The notes beneath the pieces were generated by a model that saw only the letters and a program-made list of their open reading frames with translations, ran no database searches and had not been told where the DNA came from. Shown in pieces: positions 1 to 8,968 of a stretch of DNA of 32,000 bases (position 1 is the first letter of the stretch; every line of letters begins with the position of its first letter). Made by a program: the position numbers and the translations under genes. The stretch is taken from assembly GCA_002716355.1 (NCBI GenBank), contig PBAU01000010.1, forward strand, positions 91,645-123,644, given 5' to 3'. This stretch comes from a bacterium. Its GTDB lineage: Bacteria; UBP7; UBA6624.

Positions 1-607
1 CTATTGGTTCTATTTCACCATCAAAATAACCTTGCTTTAAAGCGTTCTGGTATCTCTCTTGTGTTAAAACTGCAAATTCCTCACACTCTTTTCTTGAAAT
101 TGAAAAATCATCTGCTAGATTCTCTGCCGTTATTGCCATTGGTAATTTACAGTATCCATCTGTCAAACTGTCCCATAAAAAATCTCTCAATTCCAATGAA
201 CCCCATTTCTGTCCAGATCTAATACCATGCGTGTAATGAAAAGCTCTACTCATTGATTCAGTGCCGCCAACCAAAACCACATCAGCATCTCCTCTTTCCA
301 ATAAATACGCTCCCTGAACTATAGATTCTGCCCCTGATCCACATAGTCGATTTACTGTAAGAGCCGGCTTTTCGATTGGTATGCCTGAATTTAAAGCAAC
401 ATGCCTAGCGCAATAATAGGCATTGCTATCAGTTTGCCCCACCATACCAAAGACACAAGCATCAAATTCAGAAGCATCAATGCCAGAATCTTTTATAGCT
501 GCCTTTGCAGCATGTGAACCAAGATCATTAGCAGGAACCCTTGCTAAACTTTCTAAATAACCTCCAAATGGAGTTCTTTTTCCTCCAACAAAAACAATTT
601 TACTCAT
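1..607 (-). CDS. Acetyl-CoA acetyltransferase (thiolase), N-terminal part; 3' end lies outside the window
   Basis: Not in the ORF track because it runs off the window edge. My reverse-strand translation from ATG at 607 reads MSKIVFVGGKRTPFGGYLESL...NRLCGSGAESIV...VLVGGTESMS...AITAENLA. It carries the thiolase active-site Cys motif NRLCGSG and the GGxESMS motif. Confidence 0.85.
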   Translation of the reverse strand, partial: MSKIVFVGGKRTPFGGYLESLARVPANDLGSHAAKAAIKDSGIDASEFDACVFGMVGQTDSNAYYCARHVALNSGIPIEKPALTVNRLCGSGAESIVQGAYLLERGDADVVLVGGTESMSRAFHYTHGIRSGQKWGSLELRDFLWDSLTDGYCKLPMAITAENLADDFSISRKECEEFAVLTQERYQNALKQGYFDGEIEPI

Positions 608-619
608 GACAATCTCCTT

Positions 620-1180
620 TCAAGAGAACCTTTCCTCTAACCAAGGATCTCCCCTATTATGATACCCTCTAGTCTCCCAAAAACCTAATTTTTCCTGAGC
701 CATAACCTCAATCCCTGTAGCCCACTTAGCGCTTTTCCACAAGTAAAGATGTGGAATTATGAACCTTACAGGCCCACCATTTTCATAAGGTATTTCTTTC
801 CCATTACGACTCCATACAATTAAACTTGAATCCAAAAAAGCATCTTCTATATTCACATTTGTTGAATAGTCAACTAAGCCATAACACATAATACATTTTG
901 AATCTTTTTTCAAACCAGCATGGTTCAAAATCTTAGACAAGGGAACACCTTCCCAGTCATTGTCCAAAAGACTCCAATGTGTCACGCAATGCAAATCTGA
1001 ATTCAAACGAACAGGACCCAGTTTACAAAGATCTTCAAAATTTAACTCAACAGGATTTTCAACATTACCAAAAACTCTAATTTTCCAATCTTCCAAGCTC
1101 GCTGAAACACTTGGGGGGTTGATGTCTAACCTGGGCCACTTCTTTACTACAACCTGACCTGGAGGCACTCTAGATTTCAT
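620..1180 (-). CDS. Small sulfite-oxidase-like molybdopterin-binding oxidoreductase (no signal peptide seen)
   Basis: 186-aa ORF with an ATG start. It has the Cys-containing motif DLHCVTHWS...WEGVPL and GGPVRFIIPHLYLWKSAKW, typical of the Moco-binding oxidoreductase fold. Its stop lies 12 nt upstream of the thiolase start. Confidence 0.65.
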   Translation of the reverse strand: MKSRVPPGQVVVKKWPRLDINPPSVSASLEDWKIRVFGNVENPVELNFEDLCKLGPVRLNSDLHCVTHWSLLDNDWEGVPLSKILNHAGLKKDSKCIMCYGLVDYSTNVNIEDAFLDSSLIVWSRNGKEIPYENGGPVRFIIPHLYLWKSAKWATGIEVMAQEKLGFWETRGYHNRGDPWLEERFS

Positions 1181-1188
1181 CTAATCAA

Positions 1189-1638
1189 CTAATCCTTTTT
1201 CCCATATGCCCTCTCTAAAATGCTAATTGGAGGGTTTACAAGAACAAAATCACCATAATCCAAAGTTGGAATAACTCTTCTTCCAAGAGATACTAAAAGA
1301 ACCTCTTTTAAAGATTTCTCGTGAATGTCTATGTCAAAAGTCTCATAATTTACACTTCTTTGCAATAAATACTTATACAAAACCTTACAGTCTCCACACC
1401 ATTCTGTTGTGTAAACTTTCAGCTCTTTGTTTTTAATACTCTTTGAGTTATTTTTTTCAAAAAAAGAAAGACCATTCATGCTTGGAAAAACACCTACAGG
1501 TCTATTCACATCACCCATAATCGCTAAAGGAAAAAGAATTGGCCATCTTCTTTTCAGTTTTTTAATAGAGGCTCTTAAAATTTTAGAAATATCTTTGCTC
1601 TCCAAGTCAACCTCTTTAATTATGGTGATTTTGTCCAT
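1189..1638 (-). CDS. Glutaredoxin/NrdH-like thiol-disulfide protein with an ~80-aa N-terminal extension
   Basis: 149-aa ORF. The C-terminal part VYTTEWCGDCKVLYKYL...VIPTL has a CxxC motif and a cis-Pro-type motif of the thioredoxin fold. It ends 8 nt upstream of the Moco gene. Confidence 0.55.
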   Translation of the reverse strand: MDKITIIKEVDLESKDISKILRASIKKLKRRWPILFPLAIMGDVNRPVGVFPSMNGLSFFEKNNSKSIKNKELKVYTTEWCGDCKVLYKYLLQRSVNYETFDIDIHEKSLKEVLLVSLGRRVIPTLDYGDFVLVNPPISILERAYGKKD

Positions 1639-1670
1639 CTATTAAATCCTACTATGGTTAAAATCTAATT

Positions 1671-3209
1671 ATGCTTTTTCTTGAATATTTTTTCTTAAGC
1701 TGTAATTCTGAAATTGAATTACAAAAAAACTCATCTATAAAAGGAACTGCCACTTGCTTGATCCAAAAAGAAGAAGAAAACGTTGATTTTTATATTTCGG
1801 AAAATTTTGAAATAGAAGAAGTATTTTTTACAAGGGGCGGAACAAGTCTTTATTATGAAAAAAAAGAAATCCAGAATGATTTATCCGGCTGGAGTTTGAT
1901 CTCAATTCCTGAAGGAGAATATGAAATAACAATTGAATATTCAGGTTTTTTTGGCAAAAAACATGACTCTTATAATGAGCTTGATCTCAAAAAAGGCTTG
2001 TTGCCTTTGAGCAAAAATCAAAAAGGATGTTCTAGATTCAGCCTTAAAGGAACAAAAAAAATCATACTCAATTCTGAAAAAAATCAGGATGATTTAATTT
2101 ACTTATGCAATTTAGAAAACAAACTATTTGAAATAAATGAAAATACCATCATGACAGAAGGCCCCGGTTTAAAAATAATATCAAAACAAACAAAAGAAAG
2201 TCACAAAACGTGGATTGAAGCTATCGAGTCATCATTGAAAGAAATTCAACAAAAAACAAATTACAAAAATCCTCAAGAAATCATTCTTTTAGAGGGTCAA
2301 GATTGGTATAGCCAAAAAGGATTAATAATTGTTCCTAAAAATTATCTTCAAAATAAACCTTTATTTTCAGAAATGACTGAACATCTTGTTTACCAATGGG
2401 AAAATGTAGAGAAGCCTGTGCTTGAAAACCCAAAAGGAAGGATTTTAAATTCATATTTAAACAAAAAATTTACACCTATTTCAAGAAGGATCAATGATAG
2501 AGCACATTTACAAAAAACAAATGGCAAGGATGAAATTAAATTCGAAACAGTTATGGCTGAATATACAAACAGAAACAAAGATACATGCGTTGAAGAAAAA
2601 TGGCCACAACTAACAATAACAAAAACAAAAGTAGCAAGACTGAATGATGGTTACGAGCTATCAATTTATACTGACTGGAATGGAAAGTGCAAGAGGAAAC
2701 TAGATGTCATAATATCAAACAGCAATACAGAAAAAAATGAGCAAATCGAAATTCAAAATGGAAGTTCAATTTACAAAGTAATGTTAAAGTGGATTCCTAG
2801 ATATCTAGAAATCGATCCTGGTTTTTGGTTTCCAGGTGAACTTGAAAGAGATTCAAGCATTTCTCTTATTTTTGAATCTCTCAATCTAACTAAATCTGAA
2901 TGGATTCAGCCAAGAAACACAATAAGCTCAATTGGCCCTGGTGGAACTTCATGGCCAAATAAAGAAAAAATAAAACTTCCAGACGGAACAGAAAGATATT
3001 GGACTGAAAAAAGCTATCTGGTCCTAGCTTCAAGCAAAGAGGTTTTCTTGATTTCATCAAAAAAAACCGCTATTCCAAAATTAAATCAAGACGTAATAAA
3101 TTGGGGATGGGTTCTCTTTGAAGATGGGACTCCTGTTAAATGGGGGAACAATACAAAAACAAAAACTTACAAGCTGCCAAAGCCAGAAATATTTTCCTGG
3201 GGAAACTAA
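1671..3209 (+). CDS. Hypothetical protein, 512 aa, short hydrophobic N-terminus ending in Cys (possible lipoprotein)
   Basis: Long uninterrupted ORF in an AT-rich background. An in-frame stop lies 12 nt upstream of the ATG. No recognisable catalytic motif; see the finding on a degenerate M1-peptidase-like stretch. Confidence 0.6.
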   Translation: MLFLEYFFLSCNSEIELQKNSSIKGTATCLIQKEEENVDFYISENFEIEEVFFTRGGTSLYYEKKEIQNDLSGWSLISIPEGEYEITIEYSGFFGKKHDSYNELDLKKGLLPLSKNQKGCSRFSLKGTKKIILNSEKNQDDLIYLCNLENKLFEINENTIMTEGPGLKIISKQTKESHKTWIEAIESSLKEIQQKTNYKNPQEIILLEGQDWYSQKGLIIVPKNYLQNKPLFSEMTEHLVYQWENVEKPVLENPKGRILNSYLNKKFTPISRRINDRAHLQKTNGKDEIKFETVMAEYTNRNKDTCVEEKWPQLTITKTKVARLNDGYELSIYTDWNGKCKRKLDVIISNSNTEKNEQIEIQNGSSIYKVMLKWIPRYLEIDPGFWFPGELERDSSISLIFESLNLTKSEWIQPRNTISSIGPGGTSWPNKEKIKLPDGTERYWTEKSYLVLASSKEVFLISSKKTAIPKLNQDVINWGWVLFEDGTPVKWGNNTKTKTYKLPKPEIFSWGN

Positions 3210-3319
3210 ATCTTTAAAAATTTCCTGAAATCCCGGTAAAGATGAACCATATCCAAAAGACCAACTTAGCAAGCAGGTCCAAAAGAACAGCAGCAACAAC
3301 CAGCCACAATAAAACTAAA

Positions 3320-3340
3320 GCAATTTTTTTAATAAATTGC
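3320..3340. terminator. Possible bidirectional intrinsic terminator between convergent genes
   Basis: gcaattt-ttttaat-aaattgc forms a 7-bp stem with a 7-nt loop. It is followed by a T-rich tract on the minus strand (downstream of sod) and is T-rich in the loop region on the plus strand. The stem is weak and all-AT-rich. Confidence 0.3.
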
Positions 3341-3349
3341 CGACATCAG

Positions 3350-3958
3350 TTAGCAGTTTTTGCACCTCTCCTCTACAGCATTCCAGTCAACAACATTCCA
3401 CCAAGCACCTATGTATCCGCCCCTTAGGTTTTGATAGTTAAGATAATATGCATGTTCCCAGACGTCTAAACCCAATATGGGAGTTCCCTCTCCAGTCATC
3501 AATGGATTCTCTTGGTTTGCTGTTGAGGTTATTGAAAGTTTTCCATCTTTGCAGACAAGCCAAGCCCAGCCTGAACCAAATCTTGTCATGGCTGCATTTG
3601 CAAACTCTTCTTTAAACTTGTCAAAAGACCCGAAGGAAGAATCAATCAAATCAGCTAGATTTCCTGAAGGAGACCCTCCTCCATTAGGAGACATGATGGA
3701 CCAAAATAAAGAATGGTTGTAATGTCCTCCTCCATGGTTTCTTACAGCAGTTTTAACTGAATCAGGAAGATTGTTAACCATTTGACAAAGATTGCCCAAT
3801 CCTGCGTTTGCAAGATTTGGCTCTTTCTCCAAAGCAGCATTCAGGCCGTTTACATATGCCTGATGGTGTTTTGTGTGGTGTATCTCCATTGTTTTAGCAT
3901 CTATATGAGGCTCTAAAGCATCATATGAATAATTTAATTCTGGTAAAGAATGACTCAT
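3350..3958 (-). CDS. sod: Fe/Mn-family superoxide dismutase
   Basis: 202 aa. Motifs seen: [26 protein letters not shown] and [13 protein letters not shown], which carry the metal ligands. GGAGGA RBS upstream of the ATG. I cannot decide Fe versus Mn specificity by eye. Confidence 0.95.
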   Translation of the reverse strand: MSHSLPELNYSYDALEPHIDAKTMEIHHTKHHQAYVNGLNAALEKEPNLANAGLGNLCQMVNNLPDSVKTAVRNHGGGHYNHSLFWSIMSPNGGGSPSGNLADLIDSSFGSFDKFKEEFANAAMTRFGSGWAWLVCKDGKLSITSTANQENPLMTGEGTPILGLDVWEHAYYLNYQNLRGGYIGAWWNVVDWNAVEERCKNC

Positions 3959-3976
3959 TTTTTTCCTCCGTTTTCC

Positions 3977-6574
3977 TTAAAGATCCAAAGCTCTTCTTAT
4001 TTCATAAGCGATATTTGTCATGTGGGCAGCAACCATTGGGTCACTATCTTCAGACATGTTGGTAGCACTTTCGTACATATCGATTAAAGCATCTGTAGAC
4101 AATGCAAGCATGTCAGGACCGCTATTTCCCATCTGAATCAAATAACTTGTCCACAAAGATTGGGAATCTCTATTGAAAGAATTAGCAGCATCAACATTCC
4201 ATAAAGCTTCATGAACCGCTGCAAACACATCACTGATAGAAAGAGAATCTCCTCCATTTGCTTCGTGATACCAGGCTGCATCTCTCATCCTCACTAACCT
4301 AGAACTGTCAAAAAGATACATCAAAGTCATCATCTTTCTGGAAGCAACAGTACTGTGAATGTCAGTATTGAGATCCTGCATAAAACTCCTGCCACCTAAA
4401 CCATAAGCCCTAAATGAATTAACCATATATGGGTAAAAGTCAACAAGCATAGCAGTATCAACTGTCAATGATTCAATAAGAAGATCCAAAGCTCTTTCTT
4501 GCTCTGAGTAAGAAATAAAAGATATTGGTGCAGGAGCACCAGGGTCACCCTTGTGCGCTCTGCTCATATCATGACCACCAAGATATTTTGCAGCAAAAGG
4601 GCCACCTCTTGACATGTCATAAAGAATTTGGCTTACACCGCCTCTTAAGTCAGTCCATTCTTCACCTTCTGAAACAACCCTATCCTCAATTTCGGAAATC
4701 AAACTCTTAGCAAGTTTAATCCTGTCCTCGAAGAATGAAAGTGGATCTGATAAGTCCCAATAATTTGTATAAGGGTCCCATCCAAATGCTGTTGCTGAAT
4801 CCTGATCAGTTGCAAAATGATGGTGGGGGTGAGTATTATCAGAAGCTAATTCCTTTAGCCATTCATGCTGAACACCACTTATCTCGTCTGGCAAATATTT
4901 ATAACCATACTGAACTGCCCAATCATCATAATCTCCAGTAACTGGTGAAGAATAATGTCCTTGGTTGTCTCTATCAGAAGAAACATTTGATTCTGCGTAA
5001 TCCATAACTGAAGAAATAAGTCCATGTTTGGAAGTGTATTCTTTATTGTTTATTTCTTCCCAAGGAATGCCATGACTAGATTTGAAATTATGCCTTAGGC
5101 CTATAGTGTGCCCTACTTCATGCATCGTAACCTCAATTAATGCTTCAGTAATAAAACTATGAGGGATCGGGTCATCAGCACCGATAACTCCATCAGCAAT
5201 CAAAGCGTTTCTCAAAACAATTGGTGAAAAGTTACCTCCTGAAACCGGACTTAACATAGCGCAATACCTTTCCATATCAAAACCTTCAGGAAGATCTCCA
5301 TAACCATATAAGCTCGCCTCAAATTCTTTAAACTTTCCTTCTTTCCCAATTTCTAATATTTCCTCATAATGAGGCAAATTAAATAAAGGGTGAGCTGTAA
5401 CTTCAGCGTCACCTGTCCAAGCTTTTATCCATGAAGCTGTGAAAACAATATCAGCATTGAGTATCTCTCCTGTTCTTGGATCAACATTTGAAGGACCAAT
5501 CGCAAATGTGCTTGCCAAACTAGGAGCCCACGAAACGCTTGAATACCTCGAATCTCCAGCAGAATAATCATCTGGCCAATCTTCATCTCCAGGAAGAACT
5601 GCTTTAACAGCTCCCTTCCATCCAGCAGCCTCAAAAGACTTATTCCATTTCTCAATACCTATTTTGACATACTCTCTCCAATCTTCAGAAACTGTTGGAT
5701 CAACATAATATGTAATTGGTTTGATTGGCTCAAGCATTTCAGCATCAGGATCTTTTGGTTCAAGTCTCCATTTGTTTGCAAGCCTCACCACACCACCATC
5801 AGTCTGCTCTGGATTTACATCCATGTCGTAATACTGAGTATCAAAATAACCTATTCTTTGGTCTGAAGTTCTTGTTGTCATAAGGTCATCAGGAAGCCTC
5901 TGCACTGAAAAATGTACACCTTCCTCGCTACTCCCCATATTGAAAATAATATCAAATTCCATATTGGTTGGATAAACATCTGATCTGTTGACATAGCTTA
6001 AATCCCTATTGAATCCGCGCATGTAACCCAAACCACTATTAATCCAATCACTAACATCTAAAAGATAATGGGTTGTTTCTCCATCTTTTTCCCTCGTTGC
6101 AACAGGCATCATAGCCATCATCCTTGTACCATCAGAAACACCAAGTGCATTTGCATTTGCTAATTTTCCTTCAGGATCCCACCTGTGACTCCAGTTAGGT
6201 TCAACAATGTCTATCCTTCTTCCATCAGGATTCATTCTGAATTCAAAAGACATATCCCCACTCGGCATATGCAAAAGGGAGCGTTGTGCATCAGCATGTG
6301 ATGTAAGCATTATCGCAACCATAGGATGATTAAGCTCAGAAGCTGGAACTTCAAGCATGAATTGACCTCTTCTATCATCGCTTCCAACATAAAGATTCAG
6401 CCAACCTTCTCTCTTCTCTAGACCTTTAGCAGCCTGATCAATAGGGTCAACTGGAGCTTTCTCAACAACTGGTGGCTTTGGTGTAACCCAGCTTCCAGTT
6501 TTCCAATCCCAAACAGGTGCCGCCTCTAAAGAAAAGGCTTTAAATAAAATAGTAATTAAAAAAATATTTCTCAT
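3977..6574 (-). CDS. Secreted zinc metalloprotease (Met-zincin type, large multi-domain)
   Basis: 865 aa. N-terminal signal peptide MRNIFLITILFKAFSLEA. Zincin motif TMHEVGHTIGLRHNF (HExxHxxGxxH). AGGAGG RBS upstream of the ATG. Confidence 0.85.
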   Translation of the reverse strand: MRNIFLITILFKAFSLEAAPVWDWKTGSWVTPKPPVVEKAPVDPIDQAAKGLEKREGWLNLYVGSDDRRGQFMLEVPASELNHPMVAIMLTSHADAQRSLLHMPSGDMSFEFRMNPDGRRIDIVEPNWSHRWDPEGKLANANALGVSDGTRMMAMMPVATREKDGETTHYLLDVSDWINSGLGYMRGFNRDLSYVNRSDVYPTNMEFDIIFNMGSSEEGVHFSVQRLPDDLMTTRTSDQRIGYFDTQYYDMDVNPEQTDGGVVRLANKWRLEPKDPDAEMLEPIKPITYYVDPTVSEDWREYVKIGIEKWNKSFEAAGWKGAVKAVLPGDEDWPDDYSAGDSRYSSVSWAPSLASTFAIGPSNVDPRTGEILNADIVFTASWIKAWTGDAEVTAHPLFNLPHYEEILEIGKEGKFKEFEASLYGYGDLPEGFDMERYCAMLSPVSGGNFSPIVLRNALIADGVIGADDPIPHSFITEALIEVTMHEVGHTIGLRHNFKSSHGIPWEEINNKEYTSKHGLISSVMDYAESNVSSDRDNQGHYSSPVTGDYDDWAVQYGYKYLPDEISGVQHEWLKELASDNTHPHHHFATDQDSATAFGWDPYTNYWDLSDPLSFFEDRIKLAKSLISEIEDRVVSEGEEWTDLRGGVSQILYDMSRGGPFAAKYLGGHDMSRAHKGDPGAPAPISFISYSEQERALDLLIESLTVDTAMLVDFYPYMVNSFRAYGLGGRSFMQDLNTDIHSTVASRKMMTLMYLFDSSRLVRMRDAAWYHEANGGDSLSISDVFAAVHEALWNVDAANSFNRDSQSLWTSYLIQMGNSGPDMLALSTDALIDMYESATNMSEDSDPMVAAHMTNIAYEIRRALDL

Positions 6575-6606
6575 GATTCCTCCTTTGGTGCATCAATTGA
6601 TAAGTC

Positions 6607-6628
6607 TGATTATATATATATATAATCA
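6607..6628. repeat. 22-nt perfect AT-rich palindrome containing a (TA)n run
   Basis: tgattatatatatatataatca is its own reverse complement. It lies between the SNF2 stop (6632) and the protease start (6574) and contains TATAAT on both strands. Confidence 0.6.
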
Positions 6629-6631
6629 AAA

Positions 6632-8935
6632 TTAAGAAAGAAGCAAGTCAATTAATTCTTTTTTTGATAAAATTTCAGCATATTCTTTCTTTTCAAAATC
6701 ACAACTTTCTAAAACCTTATGGAATAAATTCTTCTTTCTTTCTAAAATCGATAATATCTTTTCTTCAACAGTATTTTCAGAAACTAGATGTATTGCTAAG
6801 ACAGAATTTTTACTACCTATACGGTGAGCCCTAGCCACTCTTTGAGCAATTTTTGCTGGATTATACAAAAGTTCAAAATTTACAACAAGATCGACAAATT
6901 GTAAATTCAAGCCCGAAGATGCTGCATCAGTTGCTATAAAAATATTAATTTCAGAATCATTTTTAAATTTATCAATGACTTGATCTCTGTTTTTTTGGTT
7001 AAGGGCCCCATGGTAAAAAACAGAATTTATATTTTTTTCACGTAAAAATTCGCCAATTATTTTACCCATCCTGACCCACTGTGTAAAAATAATCATTTTT
7101 TTCCCTGGGCCAATATTTGCACTTTCAATAATTTCAATTAACTCTTTTAGCTTGTTTCCTACGCCCTGCTCCCCTAGCAGCTCTGGACATGTGCAAGCTT
7201 CCCTCATCCTCAAAATACCTTCCAGGGCATTCATTTGACCTTCATCTGACCTGTCTGACTCCCATGATTTATAAACTTTTTTAAAAATTTTTCGATAAAG
7301 TTTTTTTTGGCTAATTGACATTTTGACATAACGAACACTCTCAGTTAATTCAGGCAGCGAATCCAAAACTTCATCTTTTCTTCTTCTCAGAAAAACACCA
7401 TTCATTTTCTTTCTCACTTCATCTATGTTCTTGACCTTAACAACAGAACCAAACCTATCTAAAACCAAATACCTCTTTCTAAAACCAAATGGCGAGGGCC
7501 CAAAGACTGAGGGCTGTATCACCTTCATTATGGTGTAAAGTTCTTCAATTGAATTCTCTAGAGGGGTTCCTGAAAGCCCAAAGCAATACCTGAAAGCATA
7601 CGAACTGATAATCTTGCTTGTTTTTGTTTTCCAGTTTTTTACTCTTTGGCATTCATCCAAAACAATCAAACCATCTTTTACATATTCTTTAACTTCAATA
7701 TCCCTTCTAAGCAATTCATAATTGACTATTTTTATATCAGCTGAAGACTTCCATAACAACTGTCTTTTTTCAGGTTTTCCTCTTACAATTTCAACATTCC
7801 TACCTGTAAATTTGTTAAACTCACTTCTCCATTGAGTCCTTAAGCTTGCCGGCACAACGATCAAAACCTTTAAATCAGGGTCTTTTCTTTTCATCTTTTC
7901 TATAGCCGCAATTGCCTGAACTGTTTTTCCTAAACCCATTTCATCACCCAGCAATGCCCTCTTCCTTATCGACAAAAACAATGCTCCTTTTTCCTGATAA
8001 TCCAAAAGCGGCAAATTGATCATGCTGTTGTCAAATTTCTGATGGATTGCCTCATCATCTGAAGCTAGGATCATTGCTGAAGGATGTATGTTAAATTTGA
8101 CACTCAAAGCTTTAAGCTTTTTAGATAAAATTTTTAAAGACCTAGCTGAAGTTAATAACGAAGATCCATTCAAGAAGGAATCACATATCTCTTTTATATC
8201 ATTTGACATAAACTCCCTTGCCGGAAAAGCTTCAATTTGATTAAAAAACTTAACAGATGGAGCAAAAGAAACCTTGTTTAAAGATGCAATTTTATTAATC
8301 TTCCAAGCTTTCTCACTGACCTCAACCCATGATCCTGCAAATTTCAAAGCCTCGACTAACGGTTTTAAAAATAATGGATCAATTAAAATTTTTGCATTTG
8401 CATAGTCCGATATTACCAAAACATATTTTGACAACAGAGAAGAGTGGTAGTCAATTTGTATCTGATTATTTGATTCAAAAATTTTAACTAAGTTCTTTCT
8501 CTTGAACCTATCTAGAGCTTCTTTTCCGGAGGTGCTATACGTGACAACAACCCCTAAAGACCTCAAATCTAATAAAAATGACCCTAGTTTTAAAGGCTCT
8601 AGTATCCAGCCTTTTGGAGATATTTTTCTTATCAATCTTAAAATCCTTTTATCCTTACCTCTATATCTAAAAATAATGCTTCCATTCTTAGAAGAATCTA
8701 AAATTACTGATTTTTGATTTTTAAAACCTTCAAAAGCCTTTATGCTCTTTTTCTCTACAATCAAAACCCAATCAGCTTTCTTTAAAAAATCTCTAAAATC
8801 CCAAAAAAGATCTAGAACAACCTCATCACCTTGAAGAAATCTTTGGAACTCAGTCAGAAAACTTTTTGGAAGGCTTTTAAAATTTGACACCTTTGCTAAA
8901 TCTTCTGATTGAAAAAAAATTTTAACTTTTTTCAT
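6632..8935 (-). CDS. SNF2-family DNA/RNA helicase with ~300-aa uncharacterised N-terminal region
   Basis: 767 aa. Helicase motifs seen: LLDYQ, LGDEMGLGKTVQ (I), LVLDECQRVKN (II), LSGTPLENS (III), ATDAASSGLNLQ (V), YNPAKIAQRVARAHRIGS (VI). Confidence 0.9.
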   Translation of the reverse strand: MKKVKIFFQSEDLAKVSNFKSLPKSFLTEFQRFLQGDEVVLDLFWDFRDFLKKADWVLIVEKKSIKAFEGFKNQKSVILDSSKNGSIIFRYRGKDKRILRLIRKISPKGWILEPLKLGSFLLDLRSLGVVVTYSTSGKEALDRFKRKNLVKIFESNNQIQIDYHSSLLSKYVLVISDYANAKILIDPLFLKPLVEALKFAGSWVEVSEKAWKINKIASLNKVSFAPSVKFFNQIEAFPAREFMSNDIKEICDSFLNGSSLLTSARSLKILSKKLKALSVKFNIHPSAMILASDDEAIHQKFDNSMINLPLLDYQEKGALFLSIRKRALLGDEMGLGKTVQAIAAIEKMKRKDPDLKVLIVVPASLRTQWRSEFNKFTGRNVEIVRGKPEKRQLLWKSSADIKIVNYELLRRDIEVKEYVKDGLIVLDECQRVKNWKTKTSKIISSYAFRYCFGLSGTPLENSIEELYTIMKVIQPSVFGPSPFGFRKRYLVLDRFGSVVKVKNIDEVRKKMNGVFLRRRKDEVLDSLPELTESVRYVKMSISQKKLYRKIFKKVYKSWESDRSDEGQMNALEGILRMREACTCPELLGEQGVGNKLKELIEIIESANIGPGKKMIIFTQWVRMGKIIGEFLREKNINSVFYHGALNQKNRDQVIDKFKNDSEINIFIATDAASSGLNLQFVDLVVNFELLYNPAKIAQRVARAHRIGSKNSVLAIHLVSENTVEEKILSILERKKNLFHKVLESCDFEKKEYAEILSKKELIDLLLS

Positions 8936-8968
8936 ACTTTATTAAGAATATGATAGATTGTAGTAAAC

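Noticed and set aside
4-222. 72-aa plus-strand ORF at the window start
   Set aside because: It is antisense to a clearly recognisable thiolase coding region that runs off the window edge.
6611-6624. (TA)7 run as a phase-variation microsatellite
   Set aside because: It is short, intergenic and part of a larger perfect palindrome. With a single sequence there is no evidence of length variation, so I kept it only as a low-interest note.
6632-8935. SNF2 helicase as part of a phage-defence island (DISARM/BREX-like)
   Set aside because: No methyltransferase, PLD-nuclease, DUF1998 or other defence partners are present. It is flanked by a protease/SOD and a sugar/purine operon, so there is no island context.
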